Assembly (NCBI GenBank): GCA_963695545.1
Contig: OY968796.1
Location: 1,376,001 to 1,440,000, forward strand
Direction: 5' to 3'
Source of the DNA: Terriglobia bacterium
Lineage (GTDB): Bacteria > Acidobacteriota > Terriglobia > Acidiferrales > UBA7541
DNA: 64,000 bases
The notes under the pieces were generated by a model, which saw nothing but the letters and a program-made list of their open reading frames with translations, ran no database searches and was not told the origin of the DNA. The translations under genes and the position numbers were made by a program. How positions within the stretch are numbered: the first letter of the stretch is position 1; every line of letters starts with the position of its first letter. Below, one piece after another: positions 8,842 to 17,696 of this stretch.

Positions 8842-10776
8842 CTATTTCGGCGCGGCTTCGGCTTGCAGATCGAGCAGAAATTGCGCGAGGGGGCGCGGGC
8901 CGAGATCGCCGGAGCCGTGGTGGCGCACGGAAACCGTTTTGGCTTCGGCTTCTTTTCCGCCGATGATGGTCATGTAGGGAATCTTCTGCATTTCGGCGTC
9001 GCGAATTTTGGCTTGCAACTTTTCGTTGCGGTCGTCGAGATGCACGCGAATGCCGGCGGCTGCGAGCGCTTCAGCGACGCTCTTGGCGTACTCTGAAAAT
9101 TTGCCGCTCACGGGCAGCACTTCGACTTGCACGGGCGCGAGCCACAGCGGGAATGCTCCGGCGTAATGCTCGATCAAGATGCCGAAGAAGCGCTCGACAG
9201 AGCCCCACAGAGCACGATGCACCATCAGTGGTTCGTGGCGATTGCCGTCTTCGCCGACGTATTCCAATCCGAATCGGCCGGGCAAGTTGAAATCGAACTG
9301 CACAGTTGTCAATTGCCACGGGCGGCCGATGGCGTCGATCAACTTGACGTCGATCTTCGGGCCGTAGAACGCCGCTTCGCCCTCCATGCGTTTGTAAGGC
9401 ACATTCATGCGCTGAAGCGTGGTCTCAAGCGCGGCGGTTGAGCGCCGCCATTGCTCGGCGGTGCCGGCGTAACTTTCCGGATGCGCGGCGTCCCAATCGG
9501 AAAGCTCAACGACGTATTTATCGAAGCCGAAAACTTTCATGGTGGCCCAGGCGAATTCGATGCAGGCTTCGATTTCGGATTCGATCTGCTCGGGCATGCA
9601 GAATATGTGCGCGTCGTCTTGGGTGAAGCCGCGCACGCGCAGCAGGCCGTGCAGCACGCCGCTACGCTCGTAGCGATAGACGGTGCCGAGCTCGGCCAGG
9701 CGCAGCGGCAAATCGCGATAGCTGCGCAGATGCGATTTGTAAATCAGGATGTGGCCCGGGCAATTCATGGGCTTCAACTGGTAATCGTCTTTTTCGACCT
9801 CGATCGGGCCGAACATATTTTCGCGATAAAAATTCGCGTGGCCGCTGGTCTTCCACAGTTCGAGCCTCATGATGTGCGGCGTGTAGACCAGGTTGTAGCC
9901 GCGGCGCAGCAGTTCGTTGCGCAGCCAATCCTCCATGATCTTGCGCACCAGACCGCCCTTGGGATGCCAGAAGATCAGGCCGGGACCGGCTTCTTCCTGA
10001 ATGCTAAAAAGATCGAGTTCCGCGCCGAGGCGGCGATGATCGCGGCGCTTGGCTTCTTCGAGGCGATTGAGATATTCATCGAGCTCAGCCTGCGTGTAAA
10101 AGCAGACGGCGTAAATGCGCTGGAGTTGCGGATTGCCTTCCTGGCCCTTCCAGTAGGCGCCGGAGACGCTGGTCAATTTGAAGGCTTTGATGCGGCCGGT
10201 GGATGGAATGTGCGGGCCGCGGCAAAAGTCGATGAATTTTCCGGTGGCGTAGAACGAGACCATCGGCTCGGCGGCTTTCTCCTCGACCAATTCGCATTTG
10301 AAGCTCTGGTTCCATTTGCGATAGAGCTCGAGCGCTTCCGGCTTGGAGAGAAATTTCCGCTCGTTGGGAATATCCTGCGCGGCGAGCTCGTGCATTTTCT
10401 TTTCGATGAGCTCGAGATCTTCGGGCGCGAAAGGCTGCTCGCGCAGAAATTCGTAGAAGAAGCCATTTTCGATTGGCGGGCCGATGCCAAGCTTTACATC
10501 CGGGAAAAGTTCGAGCACCGCCGCGGCCATCAGATGCGCAGCCGAATGGCGCAACACTTGGATGGCGTCGGCGTCCTTCGGAGTGAGGATTTCAAGACGC
10601 GCGCTGGCGTCGAGCGGGCGAGAGAGATCGATGAGCGTGCCGTCGGCGCGCGCGACGAGAGCTTCTTTCGCTAGGCGCGGCGAAATTTGGCGCGCGACTT
10701 CGGCGGACGAAGTTCCGCGCGGAACCTCGCGGACGGCGCCGTCGGGCAGGGTGATTTGGATGGTCTCGGTGGTCAT
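8842..10776 (-). CDS. thrS: Threonine--tRNA ligase
   Basis: TGS domain, 'HSAAHLMA', 'DFCRGPH', 'LKPMNCPGH', 'RVRGFTQDDAHIF', 'FYGPKID'. Confidence 0.98.
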   Translation of the reverse strand: MTTETIQITLPDGAVREVPRGTSSAEVARQISPRLAKEALVARADGTLIDLSRPLDASARLEILTPKDADAIQVLRHSAAHLMAAAVLELFPDVKLGIGPPIENGFFYEFLREQPFAPEDLELIEKKMHELAAQDIPNERKFLSKPEALELYRKWNQSFKCELVEEKAAEPMVSFYATGKFIDFCRGPHIPSTGRIKAFKLTSVSGAYWKGQEGNPQLQRIYAVCFYTQAELDEYLNRLEEAKRRDHRRLGAELDLFSIQEEAGPGLIFWHPKGGLVRKIMEDWLRNELLRRGYNLVYTPHIMRLELWKTSGHANFYRENMFGPIEVEKDDYQLKPMNCPGHILIYKSHLRSYRDLPLRLAELGTVYRYERSGVLHGLLRVRGFTQDDAHIFCMPEQIESEIEACIEFAWATMKVFGFDKYVVELSDWDAAHPESYAGTAEQWRRSTAALETTLQRMNVPYKRMEGEAAFYGPKIDVKLIDAIGRPWQLTTVQFDFNLPGRFGLEYVGEDGNRHEPLMVHRALWGSVERFFGILIEHYAGAFPLWLAPVQVEVLPVSGKFSEYAKSVAEALAAAGIRVHLDDRNEKLQAKIRDAEMQKIPYMTIIGGKEAEAKTVSVRHHGSGDLGPRPLAQFLLDLQAEAAPK

Positions 10777-10900
10777 GATGTCGCGTGGTGGGGCGGCGAA
10801 TCTCCTAAGCTAGCAAATGGCTCCGAGCGCGGCAAGGCGGCTGCGGGGCAGTGGCGAGAGACTGGCGCTCGGAGTGCCGAAAACGCTGAAATTCGGCGTT

Positions 10901-11055
10901 GGGTATATATACCCCCGTACCAAATACGTAAAAATCTGAAAACAAAAGGGTTGCAGGAAAAGAGTGCGGATGAGTGTGAAAACGCAGGGAGATGATGTTG
11001 ATTTGTTTCAGTGAATTACGCACTCTTTTGTAACAATCTGATAACAAATGGTTTG
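10901..11055. repeat. AT-rich degenerate repeat array (element 1)
   Basis: 14-bp palindrome GGGTATATATACCC (10901-10914); units AATCTGAAAACAAAAGGGTTG (10933) and AATCTGATAACAAATGGTTTG (11035), a third TGAAAAC at 10977; 11-bp inverted repeat 10958-10968/11019-11029. Confidence 0.6.
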
Positions 11056-11363
11056 GAGATGCGTTTTGGTGCATGTGAGTGCGATCTTTGGGGCTCTTAT
11101 TTTGGGCTCGGCTCGAAAATATATCGGGCGTGCTAGAGACGCAATTCTCCTCGGACGAGGTCGAAAAAAGAGGAGTGGGAACATGTGTATGGACCGCGAG
11201 GGTGACAGGCACGTCCTGAGGGGTCGCGCGACGAAAGCGCCGGGAAGGGATTCGCTGAGTCACGCATCATTTTACCGCGATGAAAACGGGGTGGGAAGGT
11301 GGAACAATGATAAACGCTGTGGAAATTATTTCGAATGGGCGGGAGCAAAGATAGAGGCGAGGA

Positions 11364-11383
11364 TGGAGGCCTTCAGGCCTCCA
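11364..11383 (+). repeat. REP family A copy left of RAYT1 (GTAG degenerate)
   Basis: TGGAGGCCTTCAGGCCTCCA hairpin, preceded by GGA instead of GTAGC. Confidence 0.8.
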
Positions 11384-11410
11384 CAAATTGGCCCGGATTG
11401 ACGTGCTGTT

Positions 11411-11944
11411 GTGCGGGAGACATTTACGCAATTTGAGCGCAAGAAAAATCGGCTTGAACTGGAAGATTATTTTGGCCGAAGGCGGTTCTTCATCACAACC
11501 TGCTGCAGAGGCAGGCGGGAAATCTTCCGGCGCGTTGAAACGGCTGGAACGATCATCGAGAACCTGCGCGAATACTCGAATCGATACGGTTTTGGCGTCC
11601 ACGCGTACTGCGTAATGCCTGACCACGTGCACTTCCTGGCCGAGGGGCTGTCGGAAGCGAGCGAACTGATTCGATTCGTGAAAACATTTAAGCAAGGTAC
11701 GGGGTATGCGTGTCGGAAGAATGCGCGGGGCCCGCTCTGGGAGAAATCATTTTACGACCATGTTCTACGGTCGCGGGATTCTAACGAGGATGTGGCCTGG
11801 TACATCTGGATGAATCCGGTGCGGAAAGGACTCTGCCGCGATTCGAGGGAATATCCATTTTCGGGATCGTTCAGTTTGGCGTGGCCGATTGTTGAGCCGT
11901 CGAAATTATGGATGCCGCCATGGAAAACGAAGATGGAGGCCTGA
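11411..11944 (+). mobile_element. REP-associated tyrosine transposase (RAYT, Y1/HUH), copy 1
   Basis: 'FFITTC', HUH motif 'YCVMPDHVH', 'LWEKSFYDHVLR', 'YIWMNPVRKGL', 'YPFSG'; flanked by inverted REPs; no tnpB. Confidence 0.9.
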
Positions 11945-11958
11945 AGGCCTCCGCTACA
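11935..11958 (-). repeat. REP family A copy right of RAYT1
   Basis: GGAGGCCTGAAGGCCTCCGCTACA; contains the RAYT1 TGA stop. Confidence 0.9.
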
Positions 11959-12081
11959 AAGACCATCGATCGTCGCTCCATGGAGCGCGAGGCACACAGC
12001 ATCGTCAATTCAGATCGTGATATAACGCGTGCTTCGTGACGGATGGAAATTTCGGACTAGGGCTGCGAGAGTGGGCGAGCC

Positions 12082-14229
12082 ATGAAAATCAACCGACGAA
12101 GTTTTATGGAATGGATGGGGCTGGCGGGAGGAACAACGCTGAGCGCGCGGTGGCTCGGGGCGGACAAAGAGGCGGCCGGAGGGGCGTTGACGGAATCGTT
12201 TGAGACGGCGATGGCGCAGGTGTCCGCCGATTCAATGGGTCAAACGCGCTGGGCGAGGAGCGCGCAGCGGAAGATCGAGCAGACCAAGGACGTGACCTGG
12301 CTTACGCATGAGCCGCTCGATTTTCTTTTGCGGCGCGGGGATCATGGCGACGACGAGCCGGCGCGTTATGCGCGGATGGTCGAGCCGGACAACATAAAGC
12401 GCATGGCGGACGCGGGGGTGATTTGGGGGCGAATATTTTTCTACAAGGGATTTGGGCTGGAGTATGAACGGCCGCACATCGAGCAGGCCAAAACTGTGGC
12501 CGACCTGATGCATCAGTTGGGGATGAAAGTGAGTTTGTATGTGGGCGGCACGATGTTTACGGAGACTTTTTACCGCGAGACTCCCGAAGCCGTAAATTGG
12601 GAGCAGCGCGACGAGTGGAACCACTGGATTCCCTACGGCATACAAACCTACCGGCATTACGCGTGCCCGAACGAGCCGGCCTATCGCGATTACATCAAGC
12701 GCGTGCTGAAGATCGGGATTGAAGATCTGAAGGCCGACGAGCTGGCGTTCGACAACATCATGCTGCAGGCGGAGCCGGAATCGTGCCGCTGCGCGCGATG
12801 CATTAAGGCGCTTGGGGAGTTTCTCGAGCGGCGCTATCCGACGACGGAGGCGGCGCGGCGGCGATTTGGTCTTGCGAACGTGGCGTGGATTCGCGTCAAT
12901 GAATGGGATTCCTACGATCAGCCGCTGGGCCTGACGGAGCTCGACGATCCGGTGCTGCAGGAGTGGACGCGGTTTCGCTGCGAGACGCTGGGAAAATATG
13001 CCAACGACTATTACGATTATGTGAAAAGCGTGAATCCGAAAGTCGCGGTGCATTTCAACATCAAGGGGGTTTACAGCTTCAATCGCTATTGGACGAACGC
13101 CGTGTATCACCCGTATTACGCGGGGCGCATCGACGCGATGTCTTTCGACACCACGGGATACGACGAGCACATCGATCCGAACACGGGCGCGCTGGTATCG
13201 CAGATTCGCTCGTACAAAATCGCGCGGCGGCTGGGGACGAGCTGCGAGGACGCCTTCGACAACGACGTGCGCGCGGCCGTGCACATGGCGTTCGGTTATC
13301 AGAAGCCGGGACTTACCGCGACTCCATTCGGTGGCGCAGCCTTCAACGTGTTCACGCCGCTGATGGAATTTTTCCGGGAATACAACGACCGGTATTTCAC
13401 CGGGACGGACAACGTGGCGGACGTGGCCGTGCTGCGGAATTGGCCGAGCATGGCGTATAGCATCAGCGCCGCGTACGTGCCGGCGACGCTGATGGAGCAG
13501 GTGCTGATTCAGCACAAGGTTCCCTTCGATCTGATATTTGAAGAGCAACTCGATGGCATCGGGAAATATTCCGCGGTGATTCTGGCGGGACAGGAATGCG
13601 TGTCGGACGCGCAGGCGGCGCTTCTGATGCAATACGTGCGCGGCGGCGGCCGGCTGGTGGTGGCCGGCAACACGGCTCACTTCAACGAGTGGCGCGAGGA
13701 ACGTGGCGCGAACCCGCTACTGCCGGCGAGGAGCGAAGGCAAGGGCCGCATCGTTTACATTCCGGAGATTGTTCCTGACGCCGCGCGCAGCGGCAAATCG
13801 GCCGCCGGGTTCCAAAATCCTGAGCCTGGCGTGACGGCGCCGGCGTCCGCGCAGAGAGGCATGCAGATGGTGCCGGCGCAGTGGGTGCTGCCGAAAAATC
13901 ACAACGAAATTTACAACACCATTGTGGGCGCGATTCCCGGCGGAGTTTCCATCACCACGGAAGCGCCGCTTACGACCGTGATGGAATTGCTGAATCGCGC
14001 GAAGACGAATGAGACCATCGCGCATTTCATCAACTTCGATCGCGAAAACGGGATCGGGCCGTTTGCGGTGACGCTGCGGAAGCAATTTCCAGGAGCGACG
14101 AAGTCGGTGACGTGCTTTTCGCCCGATGCGGACGATCCTGCAAATTTAAATTTCAAAGAATCGGGCGGCGCAGTGACATTCACCGTGCCGGCGATGCGGA
14201 CGTATTCAATGATCGTAGTCGCCAGTTAG
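12082..14229 (+). CDS. Tat-exported putative glycoside hydrolase (GH42/GHL-like barrel plus trimerisation-like domain)
   Basis: 'NRRSF' twin-arginine signal; 'ACPNEPAYRDY', 'FDN', 'CRCARC', C-terminal 'YVRGGGRLVV'. Confidence 0.6.
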   Translation: MKINRRSFMEWMGLAGGTTLSARWLGADKEAAGGALTESFETAMAQVSADSMGQTRWARSAQRKIEQTKDVTWLTHEPLDFLLRRGDHGDDEPARYARMVEPDNIKRMADAGVIWGRIFFYKGFGLEYERPHIEQAKTVADLMHQLGMKVSLYVGGTMFTETFYRETPEAVNWEQRDEWNHWIPYGIQTYRHYACPNEPAYRDYIKRVLKIGIEDLKADELAFDNIMLQAEPESCRCARCIKALGEFLERRYPTTEAARRRFGLANVAWIRVNEWDSYDQPLGLTELDDPVLQEWTRFRCETLGKYANDYYDYVKSVNPKVAVHFNIKGVYSFNRYWTNAVYHPYYAGRIDAMSFDTTGYDEHIDPNTGALVSQIRSYKIARRLGTSCEDAFDNDVRAAVHMAFGYQKPGLTATPFGGAAFNVFTPLMEFFREYNDRYFTGTDNVADVAVLRNWPSMAYSISAAYVPATLMEQVLIQHKVPFDLIFEEQLDGIGKYSAVILAGQECVSDAQAALLMQYVRGGGRLVVAGNTAHFNEWREERGANPLLPARSEGKGRIVYIPEIVPDAARSGKSAAGFQNPEPGVTAPASAQRGMQMVPAQWVLPKNHNEIYNTIVGAIPGGVSITTEAPLTTVMELLNRAKTNETIAHFINFDRENGIGPFAVTLRKQFPGATKSVTCFSPDADDPANLNFKESGGAVTFTVPAMRTYSMIVVAS

Positions 14230-14268
14230 ATTTTCCGCGCTGAGTTACCCCCGCAACGCGAAATCGGT

Positions 14269-15615
14269 TCAGGAGTTTCCCACGTGGCGCGATTCGAGGC
14301 GCAGGCGCACGCCGTGCTTCGGGCGCAGCGTGATCGAGGGTTGGGGAACGACTTCGCAGGAGGGGTCGAGGTGGAAGCGGAAGCGCTGCGCGAGGATTGC
14401 GAGGACGAGCGTGGCTTCCATCGAAGCGAATCCGGCGCCGATACAGAGTCTGGGGCCGCCGCCGAAAGGGAAATAGGGGAAGCGCGGAAGATCGCGTTCG
14501 AAGGAATCGGTCCAGCGGGAGGGATCGAAGCGCGCGGGCTCGGTGAAAAATCGCGGATCGCGATGCATCACATACTGGCTGAGAATTACGCTGGCGCCCT
14601 TCGGGATGCGATAGCCGCCGAGCGTGCATTCCGCGGGGCACATGCGCACGACGCCCCAAGCGGGAGGATAGAGGCGCATGGATTCCTTCACGACTTTGCC
14701 GGTGAAGGCGAGGCGCGGAACGTCGTCGAGAGTGGGCAAGTGGGAGGCGAGCGTGGCGTCGAGTTCGGCGTGCAATTGCGCGGCGACTTCGGGATTTTGC
14801 GCGAGGAGATAGAGCGCCCAGGAGAGCGCGAGCGCGGTGGTTTCGTGGCCGGCGAGGAGCAGCGTGACGGATTCGTCGCGGAGCTGGCGATCGGTCATGC
14901 GGCCGCCATCTTCATCGCGCGCGTTAAGGAGCATGGAGAGGAGGTCGATGTCGGATTCGGCGAGTTGCGCGCGGCGGCGGGAGATGATGGCGTAGACGAC
15001 TTTGTCGAGTTGGCGGACAGCGCGCGTGTAGCTGCGATTGGCGCGGGTGGGCAGGGCGCGGAGCAAAGGGAAGAGGCGGCGCGGCGTTGAGTTGAGATGA
15101 ATGAGCGTGCCGAGAGCGGCGGAGATTTGCGCGGCGTCGGAATCGGAGACGCTGGTGCCGAACAGTGTCGTGGCGGCGATTTCGAGCGTGGCGCGCATCA
15201 GGTCGGCGTGGAGGTCGCGCGTTTCGGCGTCGCGCCAAGATTCGACGAGGCGCTGGCCCTGCTCGATCATGGTGCCGGCGTAGGCGGCGATGCGCTCGCG
15301 GTGAAACGCGGGCTGCATCAAGCGGCGCTGGCGCAACCAGGAATCGCCTTCGCTGGTGAGTAGGCCGTTGCCGAACAATTCGCGGTTGGCTTGCAGGCCG
15401 CGGCCCTTCATGTAATTGCGGCTTCCGCTGACCAGAACTTTTTCGACGAGATCGGGATGATTGACGAAGATCACGAGAAAGTGCAGCGTGCGCCAGCGGA
15501 AGATGTTGCCGTATTGGCGCGCCCATCCTTCGAGCAGGCCGAGCGGGTCGGCGCGATTCATCGGCGAAATGCCGAAGGGCCACGGGACTTGCGGGCCTTT
15601 GGGAGGAAGATTCAT
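14269..15615 (-). CDS. Cytochrome P450
   Basis: I-helix 'AGHETTA', 'ESMR' (ExxR), 'FDPSRW', heme ligand 'FGGGPRLCIG'. Confidence 0.96.
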   Translation of the reverse strand: MNLPPKGPQVPWPFGISPMNRADPLGLLEGWARQYGNIFRWRTLHFLVIFVNHPDLVEKVLVSGSRNYMKGRGLQANRELFGNGLLTSEGDSWLRQRRLMQPAFHRERIAAYAGTMIEQGQRLVESWRDAETRDLHADLMRATLEIAATTLFGTSVSDSDAAQISAALGTLIHLNSTPRRLFPLLRALPTRANRSYTRAVRQLDKVVYAIISRRRAQLAESDIDLLSMLLNARDEDGGRMTDRQLRDESVTLLLAGHETTALALSWALYLLAQNPEVAAQLHAELDATLASHLPTLDDVPRLAFTGKVVKESMRLYPPAWGVVRMCPAECTLGGYRIPKGASVILSQYVMHRDPRFFTEPARFDPSRWTDSFERDLPRFPYFPFGGGPRLCIGAGFASMEATLVLAILAQRFRFHLDPSCEVVPQPSITLRPKHGVRLRLESRHVGNS

Positions 15616-15696
15616 TTGCGAAGAGTGTCAGCGCGCTCGGCAAAGAGATTTTAGCACCTTCACTCACTGCGCTTCGGCGGGCGGGAAGGCCAGGAT

Positions 15697-15720
15697 GGAG
15701 GCCTGAAGGCCTCCGCTACA
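15697..15720 (-). repeat. REP family A copy
   Basis: Identical to 11935-11958. Confidence 0.9.
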
Positions 15721-15738
15721 TGAACCTGTGCTTCGTGC

Positions 15739-17376
15739 TCACATCGTCGCCAAGGAAAGCGTCGCATGCCAGGGCTTCACTGCTTTGCCGGCGGGCGATA
15801 GATATTTTTTCAGTGGATCGTGCGGCAGGCCCTGCAGGCCTTCGATCACGGCTTCGGCGTTCATCTTCGCGCCGGTGAGATTTGTGTGCGTGTTGGGATC
15901 GGCGAAGAAACCTTCGACCTTTGCGGGACCAAGTTGATCGTACTGGTCGGCGATGACGGCGTTGAGATCGATGTAGAGCGCACCGTCCTGCTGCGCGGCT
16001 TGGCGCGCCCAATCGGCGTAATCCGCGCGAACAATTTTGTCGTCTTTCCACGTCTTGCGCGGAATGAGCGACGCGACGATCGGCGTGGCGCCTTTCGCGC
16101 GCGCCTGCTCGATGATCTGGCGCTCGTACCAGCCGAAGGTGTGGACCACTTCTTGTTTGCGCGTGATGGGATTGGCGATCGCGCGCGTTTCTTCGCCGTT
16201 GCCGGGGAGCGTGCCGCGGGCGCGCGCGGTGTCGTCAAGCGGGCTTGAATCGTTGTGGCCGAATTGCATGATCACGAAGTCGCCGGGCTTGATCATGGCG
16301 AGGACCGTGGGCCACAGAAAATTGTAAAACGTGCGGCTGCTGCGCCCGCCGAGCGCGCGATTCACGACGTTGATCTTCGCGGTGTTGAAGTAGGGCGCGA
16401 TTTCGTCACCCCAGCCCCACTGGCCGTTCGCGCCATCGCCTTGTCCATTACGCACGGTGGAATCGCCGATGATCCAGAGCGTGCGCAGCTTCGGATTCGC
16501 CGGAAGAGCGAGCAACGCTTCGTCGACGGACGGCACGGCTGCGCCCGCGGCGGAGAGGAACGCGGTGAGCGGCGTGTCGGGCAGCGACTTCAGGCCGGCG
16601 ACCACGCTGCGTGCGTTTAGCGCCGCGCCGTCGGCGTCGGTGTGCGTGTGATCGAGCGGAAAAAACGCGGCGACTTTGTCGGGGCCGAGCTTTTCGTATT
16701 CGCGCACGACGATTCCGGTGAGGTCAACGTAGTCGGCGTGTTCCTGTTGCGCGACCTGCGCGGCCCACTCGCGGAATTGGCCGAGGCCGGGCTCGACTTT
16801 GCCGCCGGTCCAAATGTTGCGCGGCGTCACGGAAAGCACGATCGGCGTGGCGCCTTTGGCGCGAGCGTCGTCGATGTACTTGCGTGTGTACCAGCCGAAG
16901 GTGTGCACGGTTTCAATTGTGCCGTCGGCGTGCGTCACATCTTGCGTGTCGTCGCCGATGCCGGGAAGCGAACCGCGCGCGGGCGGGTCGGTCGGCGATC
17001 CACCATCGTTGTGGCCGAACTGGATGAGCACAAAATCGCCGGGCTTTAATTGGTCGAGGACGGCGTTCCATTTTCCTTCCTGCATGAAGGTGCGGCTGCT
17101 GCGGCCGGCGCTGGCGGCGTTCACAACGCGAATTTTCGCGGGATCGAAATATGCGGCGAAGGGATCGCCCCAGCCGACGCGCTGGTTCGCGCCGTCGGCG
17201 GGAACTGGCGCGACGTTGGCGGTCGAATCGCCGACGATGAAAAGGGTGGGCAGCGCGGATGCGGCGCTGGGCTGCGGCGGAGCGCTTTGCGCCGCGGCCA
17301 TGCTGGGAATGAAAAGCAGGAGCGAGAATGCGAACGCGCAAGCGCAGGCGGAGCAGCGGAGTTTATGCAGATTCAC
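15739..17376 (-). CDS. Secreted tandem SGNH/GDSL esterase, rhamnogalacturonan acetylesterase-like
   Basis: Two copies each of 'GDST', 'GRSSRTF', 'QFGHND' and DxTH ('DHTH', 'PNTH'); signal peptide. Confidence 0.88.
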   Translation of the reverse strand: MNLHKLRCSACACAFAFSLLLFIPSMAAAQSAPPQPSAASALPTLFIVGDSTANVAPVPADGANQRVGWGDPFAAYFDPAKIRVVNAASAGRSSRTFMQEGKWNAVLDQLKPGDFVLIQFGHNDGGSPTDPPARGSLPGIGDDTQDVTHADGTIETVHTFGWYTRKYIDDARAKGATPIVLSVTPRNIWTGGKVEPGLGQFREWAAQVAQQEHADYVDLTGIVVREYEKLGPDKVAAFFPLDHTHTDADGAALNARSVVAGLKSLPDTPLTAFLSAAGAAVPSVDEALLALPANPKLRTLWIIGDSTVRNGQGDGANGQWGWGDEIAPYFNTAKINVVNRALGGRSSRTFYNFLWPTVLAMIKPGDFVIMQFGHNDSSPLDDTARARGTLPGNGEETRAIANPITRKQEVVHTFGWYERQIIEQARAKGATPIVASLIPRKTWKDDKIVRADYADWARQAAQQDGALYIDLNAVIADQYDQLGPAKVEGFFADPNTHTNLTGAKMNAEAVIEGLQGLPHDPLKKYLSPAGKAVKPWHATLSLATM

Positions 17377-17696
17377 GGTTATCTCCGAAGCTGAAATTCT
17401 AGCACCGTGCCGGGAAGGGCGCTGCCGACGGAAGCGTAATTACGATTGGGGGCGGGGGAGATGGAAGATTTGTTGGCGCGGATTGGACTGCTCGCTACGT
17501 TCCCGATTTCTCGGGGCCGTCGTCCCCGCGATGCTGCGCCCAATCCGCAGCGTCGATAATGACGATCGGACGCGCGCGCCGGAATAGCCCATAAGCCCGA
17601 TTTCGCCGGTACCGGGGTTGTAGTACCCTAGTGACGCTTCATGGTGGACGACACGCCTGCACCGGAAAAAAGAGAGCTTCGCTTGATGGGGGCGAA

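Noticed and set aside
9451..10674. Long antisense ORFs (also 202-1203, 12232-13680, 22612-24198, 25113-26276 and others)
   Set aside because: Shadow frames of well-supported genes in high-GC DNA, with no motifs of their own
11411..11944. IS200/IS605 element with TnpB/omegaRNA
   Set aside because: No tnpB or iscB next to either Y1 gene; the YI.MNPV motif and dispersed GTAG palindromes fit RAYT
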